Positions 11,091 through 26,900 of a stretch of DNA of 64,000 nucleotides are shown in pieces (within the stretch, counting starts at the first letter, position 1; each line of letters starts with the position of its first letter). The DNA is from Eledone cirrhosa (Eukaryota). The DNA lies in contig CAXHJY010001298.1 in assembly GCA_964016885.1 (NCBI GenBank), forward strand, positions 29,263 through 93,262, written 5' to 3'. Below the pieces are notes generated by a model. The model made no database searches. It saw only the letters and a program-made list of their open reading frames with translations, and was not told where the DNA came from. Both the position numbers and the translations under genes were made by a program.

Positions 11091-11816
11091 CTGTTGACCA
11101 CTGGCCGCTCGTCTCTGACCTGTTGACCACTAGCCGCTCGTCTCTGTCCTGTTGACCACTAGCCGCTCGTCTCTGTCCTGTTGACCACTGGCCGCTCGTC
11201 TCTGTCCTGTTGACCACTAGCCGCTCGTCTCTGTCCTGTTGACCACTGGCCGCTCGTCTCTGTCCTGTTGACCACTAGCCGCTCGTCTCTGTCCTGTTGA
11301 CCACTAGCCGCTCGTCCCTGTCCTGTTGACCACTGGCCGCTAGTCTCTGTCCTGTTGACCACTGGCCGCTCGTCTCTGTCCTGTTGACCACTGGCCGCTA
11401 GTCTCTGTCCTGTTGACCACTGGCCGCTCGTGTCTGTCTTGTTGACCACTGGCCGCTCGTCTCTGTTCTGTTGACCACTGGCCGCTCGTCTCTGTCCTGT
11501 TGACCACTGGCCGCTCGTCTCTGTCCTGTTGACCACTGGCCGCTAGTCTCTGTCCTGTTGACCACTGGCCGCTCGTCTCTGTTCTGTTGACCACTGGCCG
11601 CTCGTCTCTGTCCTGTTGACCACTAGCCGCTCGTCTCTGTCCTGTTGACCACTGGCCGCTCGTCTCTGTTCTGTTGACCACTGGCCGCTAGTCTCTGTCA
11701 TGTTGACCACTGGCCGCTCGTCTCTGTCCTGTTGACCACTGGCCGCTCGTCTCTGTTCTGTTGACCACTGGCCGCTCGTCTCTGTCATGTTGACCACTGG
11801 CCGCTCGTCTCTGTCC
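11091..11816. repeat. 29-bp minisatellite (CTGTTGACCACTGGCCGCTCGTCTCTGTC), about 25 copies
   Basis: Seen directly; very homogeneous. Confidence 0.97.
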
Positions 11817-11981
11817 ACTGAGGTATTTTTGTCCATCGCTGTTTTTGACATGACTTAGCTGTTTTAATAGCTGTTCTTGCGATGAGCTGTCTCATGTATG
11901 TATTCAAATGCCGACAAAGTCAGAAAACAGCACAGCTCCCATTACTTTCGCAAACATTTTTTCACGCTCAGAGTTGCTGAA

Positions 11982-14900
11982 ACATGGAACACACTACCTG
12001 CATGAGTTGTTAGCTGTCAAGACACTGCATCCTTTAAATCCTCCATGGAACACAATACCTGCATCATTTGTTAGCTGTCGAGACACTGCATCCTTTCAAA
12101 GCTCCATGGAACACACTACCGGCATGAGTTGTTAGCTGTCAAGACACTGCATCCTTTAAAACCTCCATGGAACACACTACCTGCATGAGTTGTTAGCTGT
12201 CAAGACACTGCATCCTTTAAATCCTCCATGGAACACAATACCTGCATCATTTGTTAGCTGTCGAGACACTGCATCCTTTCAAAGCTCCATGGAACACACT
12301 ACCGGCATGAGTTGTTAGCTGTCAAGACACTGCATCCTTTAAAACCTCCATGGAACACACTACCTGCATGAGTTGTTAGCTGTCGAGACACTGCATCCTT
12401 TAAAACCTCCATGGAACACACTACCTGCATCAGTTGTTAGCTGTCGAGACACTGCATCCTTTAAAACCACCATGGAACACACTACCTGCATGAGTTGTTA
12501 GCTGTCAAGACACTGCATCCTTTAAAACCTCCATGGAACAAACTACCTACATCAGTTGTTAGCTGTCGAGACACTGCATCCTTTAAAACTTCCATGGAAC
12601 ACAATACCTGCATCAGTTGTTAGCTGTCAAGACACTGCATCCTTTAAAACCTCCATGGAACACACTACCTGCATCAGTTGTTAGCTGTCAAGACACTGCA
12701 TCCTTTAAAACCTTCATGGAACACACTACCTGCATCAGTTGTTAGCTGTCGAGACACTGCATCCTTCAAAACCTCTACGGAACACACTACCTGCATCAGT
12801 TGTTAGCTGTCAAGACACTGCATCCTTTAAAACCTCTATGGAACACAGTACCTGCATCAGTTGTTAGCTGTCGAGACACTGCATCCTTTCAAAGCTCCAT
12901 GGAACACACTACCTGCATGAGTTGTTAGCTGTCAAGACACTGCATCCCTTAAAACCTCCATGGAACACACTACCTGCATGAGTTGTTAGCTGTCAAGACA
13001 CTGCATCCTTTAAAACCTCCATGGAACAAACTACCTACATCAGTTGTTAGCTGTCGAGACACTGCATCCTTTAAAACTTCCATGGAACACACTACCTGCA
13101 TCAGTTGTTAGCTGTCGAGACACTGCATCCTTTAAAACCACCATGGAACACACTACCTGCATGAGTTGTTAGCTGTCAAGACACTGCATCCTTTAAAACC
13201 TCCATGGAACAAACTACCTACATCAGTTGTTAGCTGTCGAGACACTGCATCCTTTAAAACTTCCATGGAACACACTACCTGCATCAGTTGTTAGCTGTCA
13301 AGACACTGCATCCTTTAAAACCTCCATGGAACACACTACCTGCATCAGTTGTTAGCTGTCAAGACACTGCATCCTTTAAAACCTTCATGGAACACACTAC
13401 CTGCATCAGTTGTTAGCTGTCGAGACACTGCATCCTTCAAAACCTCTACGGAACACACTACCTGCATCAGTTGTTAGCTGTCAAGACACTGCATCCTTTA
13501 AAACCTCTATGGAACACAGTACCTGCATCAGTTGTTAGCTGTCGAGACACTGCATCCTTTCAAAGCTCCATGGAACACACTACCTGCATGAGTTGTTAGC
13601 TGTCAAGACACTGCATCCCTTAAAACCTCCATGGAACACACTACCTGCATGAGTTGTTAGCTGTCAAGACACTGCATCCTTTAAAACCTCCATGGAACAA
13701 ACTACCTACATCAGTTGTTAGCTGTCGAGACACTGCATCCTTTAAAACTTCCATGGAACACACTACCTGCATCAGTTGTTAGCTGTCAAGACACTGCATC
13801 CTTTAAAACCTCCATGGAACACACTACCTGCATCAGTTGTTAGCTGTCAAGACACTGCATCCTTTAAATCCTCCATGGAACACAATACCTGCATCATTTG
13901 TTAGCTGTCGAGACACTGCATCCTTTCAAAGCTCCATGGAACACACTACCGGCATGAGTTGTTAGCTGTCAAGACACTGCATCCTTTAAAACCTCCATGG
14001 AACACACTACCTGCATGAGTTGTTAGCTGTCGAGACACTGCATCCTTTAAAACCTCCATGGAACACACTACCTGCATCAGTTGTTAGCTGTCGAGACACT
14101 GCATCCTTTAAAACCACCATGGAACACACTACCTGCATGAGTTGTTAGCTGTCAAGACACTGCACCCTTTAAAACCTCCATGGAACAAACTACCTACATC
14201 AGTTGTTAGCTGTCGAGACACTGCATCCTTTAAAACTTCCATGGAACACACTACCTGCATCAGTTGTTAGCTGTCAAGACACTGCATCCTTTAAAACCTC
14301 CATGGAACACACTACCTGCATCAGTTGTTAGCTGTCAAGACACTGCATCCTTTAAAACCTTCATGGAACACACTACCTGCATCAGTTGTTAGCTGTCGAG
14401 ACACTGCATCCTTCAAAACCTCTACGGAACACACTACCTGCATCAGTTGTTAGCTGTCAAGACACTGCATCCTTTAAAACCTCTATGGAACACAGTACCT
14501 GCATCAGTTGTTAGCTGTCGAGACACTGCATCCTTTCAAAGCTCCATGGAACACACTACCTGCATGAGTTGTTAGCTGTCAAGACACTGCATCCCTTAAA
14601 ACCTCCATGGAACACACTACCTGCATGAGTTGTTAGCTGTCAAGACACTGCATCCTTTAAAACCTCCATGGAACAAACTACCTACATCAGTTGTTAGCTG
14701 TCGAGACACTGCATCCTTTAAAACTTCCATGGAACACACTACCTGCATCAGTTGTTAGCTGTCAAGACACTGCATCCTTTAAAACCTCCATGGAACACAC
14801 TACCTGCATCAGTTGTTAGCTGTCAAGACACTGCATCCTTTAAAACCTCCATGGAAGACACTACCTGCATCAGTTGTTAGCTGTCGAGACACTGCATCCT

Positions 14901-17900
14901 TCGAAACCTCTACGGAACACACTACCTGCATCAGTTGTTAGCTGTCAAGACACTGCATCCTTTAAAACCTCCATGGAACACAGTACCTGCATCAGTTGTT
15001 AGCTGTCGAGACACTGCATCCTTTAAAACCTCCTGGGAACAAACTGCCTGCATCATTTGTTAGCTGTCGAGACACTGCATCCTTTCAAAGCTCCATGGAA
15101 CACACTACCTGCATGAGTTGTTAGCTATCAAGACACTGCATCCTTTAAAACCTCCATGGAACACACTACCTGCATCAGTTGTTAGCTGTCGAGACACTGC
15201 ATCCTTTAAAACCACCATGGAACACACTACCTGCATGAGTTGTTAGCTGTCAAGACACTGCATCCTTTAAAACCTCCATGGAACAAACTACCTACATCAG
15301 TTGTTAGCTGTCGAGACACTGCATCCTTTAAAACTTCCATGGAACACACTACCTGCATCAGTTGTTAGCTGTCAAGACACTGCATCCTTTAAAACCTCCA
15401 TGGAACACACTACCTGCATCAGTTGTTAGCTGTCAAGACACTGCATCCTTTAAAACCTCCATGGAAGACACTACCTGCATCAGTTGTTAGCTGTCGAGAC
15501 ACTGCATCGTTCGAAACCTCTACGGAACACACTACCTGCATCAGTTGTTAGCTGTCAAGACACTGCATCCTTTAAAACCTCCATGGAACACAGTACCTGC
15601 ATCAGTTGTTAGCTGTCGAGACACTGCATCCTTTAAAACCTCCATGGAACAAACTACCTGCATCAGTTGTTAGATGTCGGGACACTGCATCCTTTAAAAC
15701 CTCCATGGAACACAGTACCTGCATCAGTTGTTAACTGTCAAGACACTGCATCCTTTAAAACCTCCATGGAACACACTACCTGCATCAGTTGTTAACTGTC
15801 GAGACACTGCATCCTTTAAAACCTCTACGGAACACACTACCTGCATCAGTTGTTAGCTGTCAAGACACTGCATCCTTTAAAACCTCCATGGAACACAGTA
15901 CCTGCATCAGTTGTTAGCTGTCGAGACACTGCATCCTTTAAAACCTCTACGGAACACACTACCTGCATCAGTTGTTAGCTGTCAAGACACTGCATCCTTT
16001 AAAACCTCCATGGAACAAACTACCTGCATCAGTTGTTAGCTGTCGAGACACTGCATCCTTTAAAACCTCCATGGAACACACTACCTGCATCAGTTGTTAA
16101 CTGTAGAGACACTGCATCCTTTAAAACCTCTACGGAACACACTACCTGCATTAGTTGTTAGCTGTCAAGACACTGCATCCTTTAAAACCTCCATGGAACA
16201 AACTACCTGCATCAGTTGTTAGCTGTCGAGACACTGCATCCTTTAAAACCTCCATGGAACACACTACCTGCATCAGTTGTTAACTGTAGAGACACTGCAT
16301 CCTTTAAAACCTCTACGGAACACACTACCTGCATCAGTTGTTAGCTGTCAAGACACTGCATCCTTTAAAACCTCCATGGAACACACTACATGCATCAGTT
16401 GTTAGCTGTCAAGACACTGCATCCTTTAAAACCTCCATGGAACACAGTACCTGCATCAGTTGTTAGCTGTCGGGACACTGCATCCTTTAAAACCTCCATG
16501 GAACAAACTACCTGCATCAGTTGTTAGCTGTCGAGACACTGCATCCTTTAAAACCTCCATGGAACACACTACCTGCATCAGTTGTTAGCTGTCGAGACAC
16601 TGCATCCTTTAAAACCACCATGGAACACACTACCTGCATGAGTTGTTAGCTGTCAAGACACTGCATCCTTTAAAACCTCCATGGAACAAACTACCTACAT
16701 CAGTTGTTAGCTGTCGAGACACTGCATCCTTTAAAACTTCCCTGGAACACACTACCTGCATCAGTTGTTAGCTGTCAAGACACTGCATCCTTTAAAACCT
16801 CCATGGAACACACTACCTGCATCAGTTGTTAGCTGTCAAGACACTGCATCCTTTAAAACCTCCATGGAAGACACTACCTGCATCAGTTGTTAGCTGTCGA
16901 GACACTGCATCCTTCGAAACCTCTACGGAACACACTACCTGCATCAGTTGTTAGCTGTCAAGACACTGCATCCTTTAAAACCTCCATGGAACACACTACC
17001 TGCATCAGTTGTTAGCTGTCAAGACACTGCATCATTTAAAACCTCCATGGAACACAGTACCTGCATGAGTTGTTAGCTGTCAAGACACTGCATCCTTTAA
17101 AACCTCCATGGAACACACTACCTGCATGAGTTGTTAGCTGTCGAGACACTGCATCCTTTAAAACCTCCATGGAACACACTACCTGCATCAGTTGTTAGCT
17201 GTCGAGACACTGCATCCTTTAAAACTACCATGGAACACACTACCTGCATGAGTTGTTAGCTGTCAAGACACTGCATCCTTTAAAACCTCCATGGAACAAA
17301 CTACCTACATCAGTTGTTAGCTGTCGAGACACTGCATCCTTTAAAACTTCCATGGAACACACTACCTGCATCAGTTGTTAGCTGTCAAGACACTGCATCC
17401 TTTAAAACCTCCATGGAAGACACTACCTGCATCAGTTGTTAGCTGTCGAGACACTGCATCCTTCGAAACCTCTACGGAACACACTACCTGCATCAGTTGT
17501 TAGCTGTCAAGACACTGCATCCTTTAAAACCTCCATGGAACACAGTACCTGCATCAGTTGTTAGCTGTCGAGACACTGCATCCTTTAAAACCTCCATGGA
17601 ACAAACTACCTGCATCAGTTGTTAGATGTCGGGACACTGCATCCTTTAAAACCTCCATGGAACAAACTGCCTGCATCAGTTGTTAGCTGTCAAGACACTG
17701 CATCCTTTAAAACCTCCATGGAACACACTACCTACATCAGTTGTTAGCTGTCGAGACACTGCATCCTTTAAAACCTCTACGGAACACACTACCTGCATCA
17801 GTTGTTAGCTGTCAAGACACTGCATCCTTTAAAACCTCCATGGAACACAGTACCTGCATCAGTTGTTAGCTGTCGAGACACTGCATCCTTTAAAACCTTC

Positions 17901-20900
17901 ATGGAACAAACTACCTGCATCAGTTGTTAGCTGTCGAGACACTGCATCCTTTAAAACCTCCATGGAACACACTACCTGCATCAGTTGTTAACTGTAGAGA
18001 CACTGCATCCTTTAAAACCTCTACGGAACACACTACCTGCATCAGTTGTTAGCTGTCAAGACACTGCATCCTTTAAAACCTCCATGGAACACACTACATG
18101 CATCAGTTGTTAGCTGTCAAGACACTGCATCCTTTAAAACCTCCATGGAACACAGTACCTGCATCAGTTGTTAGCTGTCGGGACACTGCATCCTTTAAAA
18201 CCTCCATGGAACAAACTACCTGCATCAGTTGTTAGCTGTCAAAACACTGCATCCTTTCAAACCTCCATGGAACACACTACCTGCATCAGTTGTTAGCTGT
18301 CGAGACACTGCATCCTTTCAAACCTCTATGGAACACACTACCTGCATCAGTTGTTAGCTGGCGAGACACTGCATCCTTTAAAACCTCTATGGAACACACT
18401 ACCTGCATCAGTTGTTAGCTGTCAAGACACTGCATCCTTTAAAACCTCCATGGAACACAGTACCTGCATCAGTTGTTAGCTGTCGAGACACTGCATCCTT
18501 TAAAACCTCCATGGAACAAACTACTTGCATCAGTTGTTAGCTGTCGAGACACTGCATCCTTTAAAACCTCCATGGAACACACTACCTGCATCAGTTGTTA
18601 ACTGTAGAGACACTGCATCCTTTAAAACCTTCATGGAACAAACTACCTGCATCAGTTGTTAGCTGTCGAGACACTGCATCCTTTAAAACCTCCATGGAAC
18701 ACACTACCTGCATCAGTTGTTAACTGTAGAGACACTGCATCCTTTAAAACCTCTACGGAACACACTACCTGCATCAGTTGTTAGCTGTCAAGACACTGCA
18801 TCCTTTAAAACCTCCATGGAACACACTACATGCATCAGTTGTTAGCTGTCAAGACACTGCATCCTTTAAAACCTCCATGGAACACAGTACCTGCATCAGT
18901 TGTTAGCTGTCGGGACACTGCATCCTTTAAAACCTCCATGGAACAAACTACCTGCATCAGTTGTTAGCTGTCAAAACACTGCATCCTTTCAAACCTCCAT
19001 GGAACACACTACCTGCATCAGTTGTTAGCTGTCGAGACACTGCATCCTTTCAAAGCTCTATGGAACACACTACCTGCATCAGTTGTTAGCTGGCGAGACA
19101 CTGCATCCTTTAAAACCTCTATGGAACACACTACCTGCATCAGTTGTTAGCTGTCAAGACACTGCATCCTTTAAAACCTCCATGGAACACAGTACCTGCA
19201 TCAGTTGTTAGCTGTCGAGACACTGCATCCTTTAAAACGTCCATGGAACAAACTACTTGCATCAGTTGTTAGCTGTCGAGACACTGCATCCTTTAAAACC
19301 TCCATGGAACACACTACCTGCATCAGTTGTTAACTGTAGAGACACTGCATCCTTTAAAACCTCCATGGAAAAAACTACCTGCATCAGTTATTAGGTGTCG
19401 AGACACTGCATCCTTTAAAACCACCATGGAACACACTACCTCCATGAGTTGTTAGCTGTCAAGACACTGCATCCTTTAAAACCTCCATGGAACAAACTAC
19501 CTGCATCAGTTGTTAGCTGTCGAGACACTGCATCCTTTAAAACCTCCATGGAACAAATTACTTGCATCAGTTGTTAGCTGATAAGATACTCCATCCTTTA
19601 AAACCCCCATGGAATACACTACCTGCATCAGTTGTTTGCTGTCAAGACACTGTATCCTTTAAAATCTCCATGGAACCAACTACCTGCATCAGTTATTAGC
19701 TGTCGAGACACTGCATCCTTTAAAACCTCCATGGAACACACTACCTGCATCAGTTGTTAGCTGTCAAGACACTGCATCCTTTAAAACCTCCATGGAACAC
19801 ACTACCTGCATCAGTTGTTAGCTGTCGAGACACTGCATCCTTTATAACCACCATGGAACACACTACCTGCATGAGTTGTTAGCTGTCACGACACTGCATC
19901 CTTTAAAACCTCCATGGAACAAAATACCTGCATCAGTTGTTAGCTGTCTAGACACTGCATCCTTTAAAACCTCCATGGATCACACTACCTGTATCAGTTG
20001 TTAGCTGTCGAGACACTGCATCCTTCAATACCTCTACGGAACACACTACCTGCATCAGTTGTTAGCTGTCAAGACACTGCATCCTTTAAAACCTCCATGG
20101 AACACAGTACCTGCATCAGTTGTTAGCTGTCGAGACACTGCATCCTTTAAAACCTCCATGGAACAAACTACCTGCATCAGTTGTTAGATGTCGGGACACT
20201 GCATCCTTTAAAACATCCATGGAACAAACTACCTGCATCAGTTGTTAGCTGTCAAGACACTGCATCCTTTCAAACCTCCATGGAACACACTACATGCATC
20301 AGTTGTTAGCTGTCGAGACACTGCATCCTTTCAAAGCTCCATGGAACACACTACCTGCATCAGTTGTTAGCTGTCAAGACACTGCCTCCTTTAAAACCAC
20401 CATGGAACACACTACCTGCATCAGTTGTTAGTTGTCGAGACACTGCATCCTTTAAAACCACCATGGAACAGACTACCTGCATGAGTTGTTAGCTGTCAAG
20501 ACACTGCATCCTTTAAAACCTCCATGGAACAAACTACCTGCATCAGTTGTTAGCTGTCGAGACACTGCATCCTTTAAAACCACCATGGAACACACTACCT
20601 GCATCAGTTGTTAGCTGTCAAGACACTGCATCCTTTAAAACCACCATGGAACACACTACCTGCATCAGTTGTTAGTTGTCGAGACACTGCATCCTTTAAA
20701 ACCACCATGGAACACACTACCTGCATGAGTTGTTAGCTGTCAAGACACTGCATCCTTTAAAACCTCCATGGAACAAACTACCTGCATCAGTTGTTAGCTG
20801 TCGAGACACTGCATCCTTTAAAACCTCCATGGATCACACTACCTGCATCAGTTGTTAGCTGTCGAGACACTGCATCCTTCAATACCTCTACGGAACACAC

Positions 20901-23900
20901 TACCTGCATCAGTTGTTAGCTGTCAAGACACTGCATCCTTTAAAACCTCCATGGAACACAGTACCTGCATCAGTTGTTAGCTGTCGAGACACTGCATCCT
21001 TTAAAACCTCCATGGAACAAACTACCTGCATCAGTTGTTAGATGTCGGGACACTGCATCCTTTAAAACCTCCATGGAACAAACTACCTGCATCAGTTGTT
21101 AGCTGTCAAGACACTGCATCCTTTCAAACCTCCATGGAACACACTACCTGCATCAGTTGTTAGTTGTCAAGACACTGCATCCTTTAAAACCTCCATGGAA
21201 CACAGTACCTGCATCAGTTGTTAGCTGTCGTGACACTGCATCCTTTAAAACCTCCATGGAACAAACTACCTGCATCAGTTGTTAACTGTAGAGACACGGC
21301 ATCCTTTAAAACCTCCATGGAAAAAACTACCTGCATCAGTTATTAGGTGTCGAGACACTGCATCCTTTAAAACCTCCTTGGAACACACTACCTGCATCAG
21401 TTGTTAGCTGTCAAGACACTGCATCCTTTAAAACCTCCATGGAACAAACTACCTGCATCAGTTGTTAGCTGTCGAGACACTGCATCCTTTAAAACCTCCA
21501 TGGAACACACTACCTGCATCAGTTGTTAGCTGATAAGATACTCCATCCTTTAAAACCCCCATGGAATACACTACCTGCATCAGTTGTTAGCTGTCAAGAC
21601 ACTGTATCCTTTAAAATCTCCATGGAACCAACTACCTGCATCAGTTATTAGCTGTCGAGACACTGCATCCTTTAAAACCTCCATGGAACACACTACCTGC
21701 ATCAGTTGTTAGCTGTCAAGACACTGCATCCTTTAAAACCTCCATGGAACACACTACCTGCATCAGTTGTTAGCTGTCGAGACACTGCATCCTTTATAAC
21801 CACCATGGAACACACTACCTGCATCAGTTATTAGCTGCCGAGACAATGCATCCTTTAAAACCTCCATGGAACACACTACCTGCATCAGTTGTTAGCTGTC
21901 AAGACACTGCATCCTTTAAAACCTCCATGGAACACACTACCTGCATCAGTTGTTAGCTGTCAAGACACTGCATCCTTTAAAACCTCCATGGAACAAACTA
22001 CCTGCATCAGTTGTTAGCTGTCGAGACACTGCATCCTTTAAAACCTCCATGGATCACACTACTTGTATCAGTTGTTAGCTGTCGAGACACTGCATCCTTC
22101 AATACCTCTACGAAACACTCTACCTGCATCAGTTGTTAGCTGTCACGACACTGCATCCTTTAAAACCTCCATGGAACAAAATACCTGCATCAGTTGTTAG
22201 CTGTCGAGACACTGCATCCTTTAAAACCTCCATGGATCACACTACCTGCATCAGTTGTTAGCTGTCGAGACACTGCATCCTTCAATACCTCTACGGAACA
22301 CACTACCTGCATCAGTTGTTAGCTGTCAAGACACTGCATCCTTTAAAACCTCCATGGAACACAGTACCTGCATCAGTTGTTAGCTGTCGAGACACTGCAT
22401 CCTTTAAAACCTCCATGGAACAAACTACCTGCATCAGTTGTTAGATGTCGGGACACTGCATCCTTTAAAACCTCCATGGAACACACTACATGCATCAGTT
22501 GTTAGCTGTCAAGACACTGCATCCTTTAAAACCTCCATGGAACACACTACATGCATCAGTTGTTAGCTGTCGAGACACTGCATCCTTTAAAACCTCCATG
22601 GAACACAGTACCTGCATCAGTTGTTAACTGTCAAGACACTGCATCCTTTAAAACCACCATGGAACACACTACCTGCATGAGTTGTTAGCTGTCAAGACAC
22701 TGCATCCTTTAAAACCTCCATGGAACAAACTACCTGCATCAGTTGTTAGCTGTCGAGACACTGCATCCTTTAAAACCTCCATGGATTACACTACCTGCAT
22801 CAGTTGTTAGCTGTCGAGACACTGCATCCTTCAATACCTCTACGAAACACTCTACCTGCATCAGTTGTTAGCTGTCAAGACACTGCATCCTTTAAAACCT
22901 CCATGGAACACAGTACCTGCATCAGTTGTTAGCTGTCGAGACACTGCATCCTTTAAAACCTCCATGGAACAAACTACCTGCATCAGTTGTTAGATGTCGG
23001 GACACTGCATCCTTTAAAACCTCCATGGAACAAACTACCTGCATCAGTTGTTAGCTGTCAAGACACTGCATCCTTTCAAACCTCCATGGAACACACTACC
23101 TGCATCAGTTGTTAGCTGTCGAGACACTGCATCCTTTCAAAGCTCCATGGAACACACTACCTGCATCAGTTGTTAGCTGTCAAGACACTGCATCCTTTAA
23201 AACCTCCATGGAACACACTACCTGCATCAGTTGTTAGCTGTCGAGACACTGCATCCTTTAAAACCTCTACGGAACACGCTACCTGCATCAGTTGTTAGCT
23301 GTCAAGACACTGCATCCTTTAAAACCTCCATGGAACACAGTACCTGCATCAGTTGTTAGCTGTCGTGACACTGCATCCTTTAAAACCTCCATGGAACAAA
23401 CTACCTGCATCAGTTGTTAACTGTAGAGACACTGCATCCTTTAAAACCTCCATGGAAAAAACTACCTGCATCAGTTATTAGGTGTCGAGACACTGCATCC
23501 TTTAAAACCTCCTTGGAACACACTACCTGCATCAGTTGTTAGCTGTCAAGACACTGCATCCTTTAAAACCACCATGGAACACACTACCTGCATCAGTTGT
23601 TAGCTGTCGAGGCACTGCATCCCTTAAAACCACCATGGAACACACTACCTGCATGAGTTGTTAGCTGTCAAGACACTGCATCCTTTAAAACCTCCATGGA
23701 ACAAACTACCTGCATCAGTTGTTAGCTGTCGAGACACTGCATCCTTTAAAACCTCCATGGAACACACTACCTGCATCAGTTGTTAACTGATAAGACACTC
23801 CATCCTTTAAAACCTCCATGGAACACACTACCTGCATCAGTTGTTAGCTGTCAAGACACTGCATCCTTTAAAACCTCCATGGAACACACTACCTGCATCA

Positions 23901-26900
23901 GTTGTTAGCTGTCGAGACACTGCATCCTTCAAAACCTCTACGGAACACACTACCTGCATGAGTTGTTAGCTGTCAAGACACTGCATCCTTTAAAACCTCT
24001 ATGGAACACAGTACCTGCATCAGTTGTTAGCTGTCGAGACACTGCATCCTTTAAAACCTCCATGGAACAAACTACCTGCATCAGTTGTTAGCTGTCGAGA
24101 CACTGCATCCTTTAAAACCACCATGGAACACACTACCTGCATGAGTTGTTAGCTGTCAAGACACTGCATCCTTTAAAACCTCCATGGAACACAGTACCTG
24201 CATCAGTTGTTAGCTGCCGAGACACTGCATCCTTTAAAACCTCCATGGAACAAACTACCTGCATCAGTTGTTAGATGTCGGGACACTGCATCCTTTAAAA
24301 CCTCCATGGAACAAACTACCTGCATCAGTTGTTAGCTGTCAAGACACTGCATCCTTTCAAACCTCCATGGAACACACTACCTGCATCAGTTGTTAGCTGT
24401 CAAGACACTGCATCCTTTAAAACCTCCATGGAACAAACTACCTGCATCAGTTGTTAGCTGTCGAGACACTGCATCCTTTAAAATCTCCATGGATCACACT
24501 ACCTGTATCAGTTGTTAGCTGTCGAGACACTGCATCCTTCAATACCTCTACGGAACACACTACCTGCATCAGTTGTTAGCTGTCAAGACACTGCATCCTT
24601 TAAAACCTCCATGGAACACAGTACCTGCATCAGTTGTTAGCTGTCGAGACACTGCATCCTTTAAAACCTCCATGGAACAAACTACCTGCATCAGTTATTA
24701 GGTGTCGAGACACTGCATCCTTTAAAACCTCCTTGGAACACACTACCTGCATCAGTTGTTAGCTGTCGAGACACTGCATCCTTTATAACCACCATGGAAC
24801 ACACTACCTGCATGAGTTGTTAGCTGTCACGACACTGCATCCTTTAAAACCTCCATGGAACAAAATACCTGCATCAGTTGTTAGCTGTCGAGACACTGCA
24901 TCCTTTAAAACCTCCATGGATCACACTACCTGTATCAGTTGTTAGCTGTCGAGACACTGCATCCTTCAATACCTCTACGGAACACACTACCTGCATCAGT
25001 TGTTAGCTGTCAAGACACTGCATCCTTTAAAACCTCCATGGAACACAGTACCTGCATCAGTTGTTAGCTGTCGAGACACTGCATCCTTTAAAACCTCCAT
25101 GGAACAAACTACCTGCATCAGTTGTTAGATGTCGGGACACTGCATCCTTTAAAACCTCCATGGAACAAACTACCTGCATCAGTTGTTAGCTGTCAAGACA
25201 CTGCATCCTTTCAAACCTCCATGGAACACACTACATGCATCAGTTGTTAGCTGTCGAGACACTGCATCCTTTCAAAGCTCCATGGAACACACTACCTGCA
25301 TCAGTTGTTAGCTGTCAAGACACTGCATCCTTTAAAACCTCCATGGAACAAACTACCTGCATCAGTTGTTAGCTGTCGAGACACTGCATCCTTTAAAACC
25401 TCCATGGATTACACTACCTGCATCAGTTGTTAGCTGTCGAGACACTGCATCCTTCAATACCTCTACGGAACAAACTACCTGCATCAGTTGTTAGCTGTCA
25501 AGACACTGCATCCTTTAAAACCTCCATGGAACACACTACCTGCATCAGTTGTTAGCTGTCGAGACACTGCATCCTTTAAAACCACCATGGAACACACTAC
25601 CTGCATGAGTTGTTAGCTGTCAAGACACTGCATCCTTTAAAACCTCCATGGAACACACTACCTGCATCAGTTGTTAGCTGTCGAGACACTGCATCCTTTA
25701 AAACCTCCATGGATTACACTAACTGCATCAGTTGTTAGCTGTCGAGACACTGCATCCTTCAATACCTCTACGGAACAAACTACCTGCATCAGTTGTTAGC
25801 TGTCAAGACACTGCATCCTTTAAAACCTCCATGGAACACACTACCTGCATCAGTTGTTAGCTGTCGAGACACTGCATCCTTTAAAACCACCATGGAACAC
25901 ACTACCTGCATGAGTTGTTAGCTGTCAAGACACTGCATCCTTTAAAACCTCCATGGAACAAACTACCTGCATCAGTTGTTAGCTGTCGAGACACTGCATC
26001 CTTTAAAACCTCCATGGATTACACTAACTGCATCAGTTGTTAGCTGTCGAGACACTGCATCCTTCAATACCTCTACGGAACAAATTACCTGCATCAGTTG
26101 TTAGCTGTCAAGACACTGCATCCTTTAAAACCTCCATGGAACACACTACCTGCATCAGTTGTTAGCTGTCGAGGCACTGCATCCTTTAAAACCACCATGG
26201 AACACACTACCTGCATGAGTTGTTAGCTGTCAAGACACTGCATCCTTTAAAACCTCCATGGAACACACTACCTGCATCAGTTGTTAGCTGTCGAGACACT
26301 GCATCCTTTAAAACCTCCATGGAACACACTACCTGCATCACTTGTTAGCTGATAAGACACTCCATCCTTTAAAACCTCCATGGAACACACTACCTGCATC
26401 AGTTGTTAGCTGTCAAGACACTGCATCCTTTAAAACCTCCATGGAACACACTACCTGCATCAGTTGTTAGCTGTCGAGACACTGCATCCTTCAAAACCTC
26501 TACGGAACACACTACCTGCATCAGTTGTTAGCTGTCAAGACACTGCATCCTTTAAAACCTCTATGGAACACAGTACCTGCATCAGTTGTTAGCTGTCGAG
26601 ACACTGCATCCTTTAAAACCTCCATGGAACAAACTACCTGCATCAGTTGTTAGCTGTCGAGACACTGCATCCTTTAAAACCACCATGGAACACACTACCT
26701 GCATGAGTTGTTAGCTGTCAAGACACTGCATCCTTTAAAACCTCCATGGAACAAACTACCTGCATCAGTTGTTAGCTGTCGAGACACTGCATCCTTTAAA
26801 ACCTCCATGGATCACACTAACTGCATCAGTTGTTAGCTGTCGAGACACTGCATCCTTCAATACCTCTACGGAACACACTACCTGCATCAGTTGTTAGCTG

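Noticed and set aside
10999-11851. Repetitive ORFs (VVNRTETSGQWSTGQRRAASGQQDRDERP)
   Set aside because: Translation by-product of a 29-bp minisatellite; broken by stops in variant units.
12010-12030. Hammerhead or structured RNA in the 61-bp monomer (CTGATG on minus strand; TGTC-NA-GACA mini-hairpin)
   Set aside because: No CTGANGA plus GAAA pair; hairpins are too short to exceed chance.
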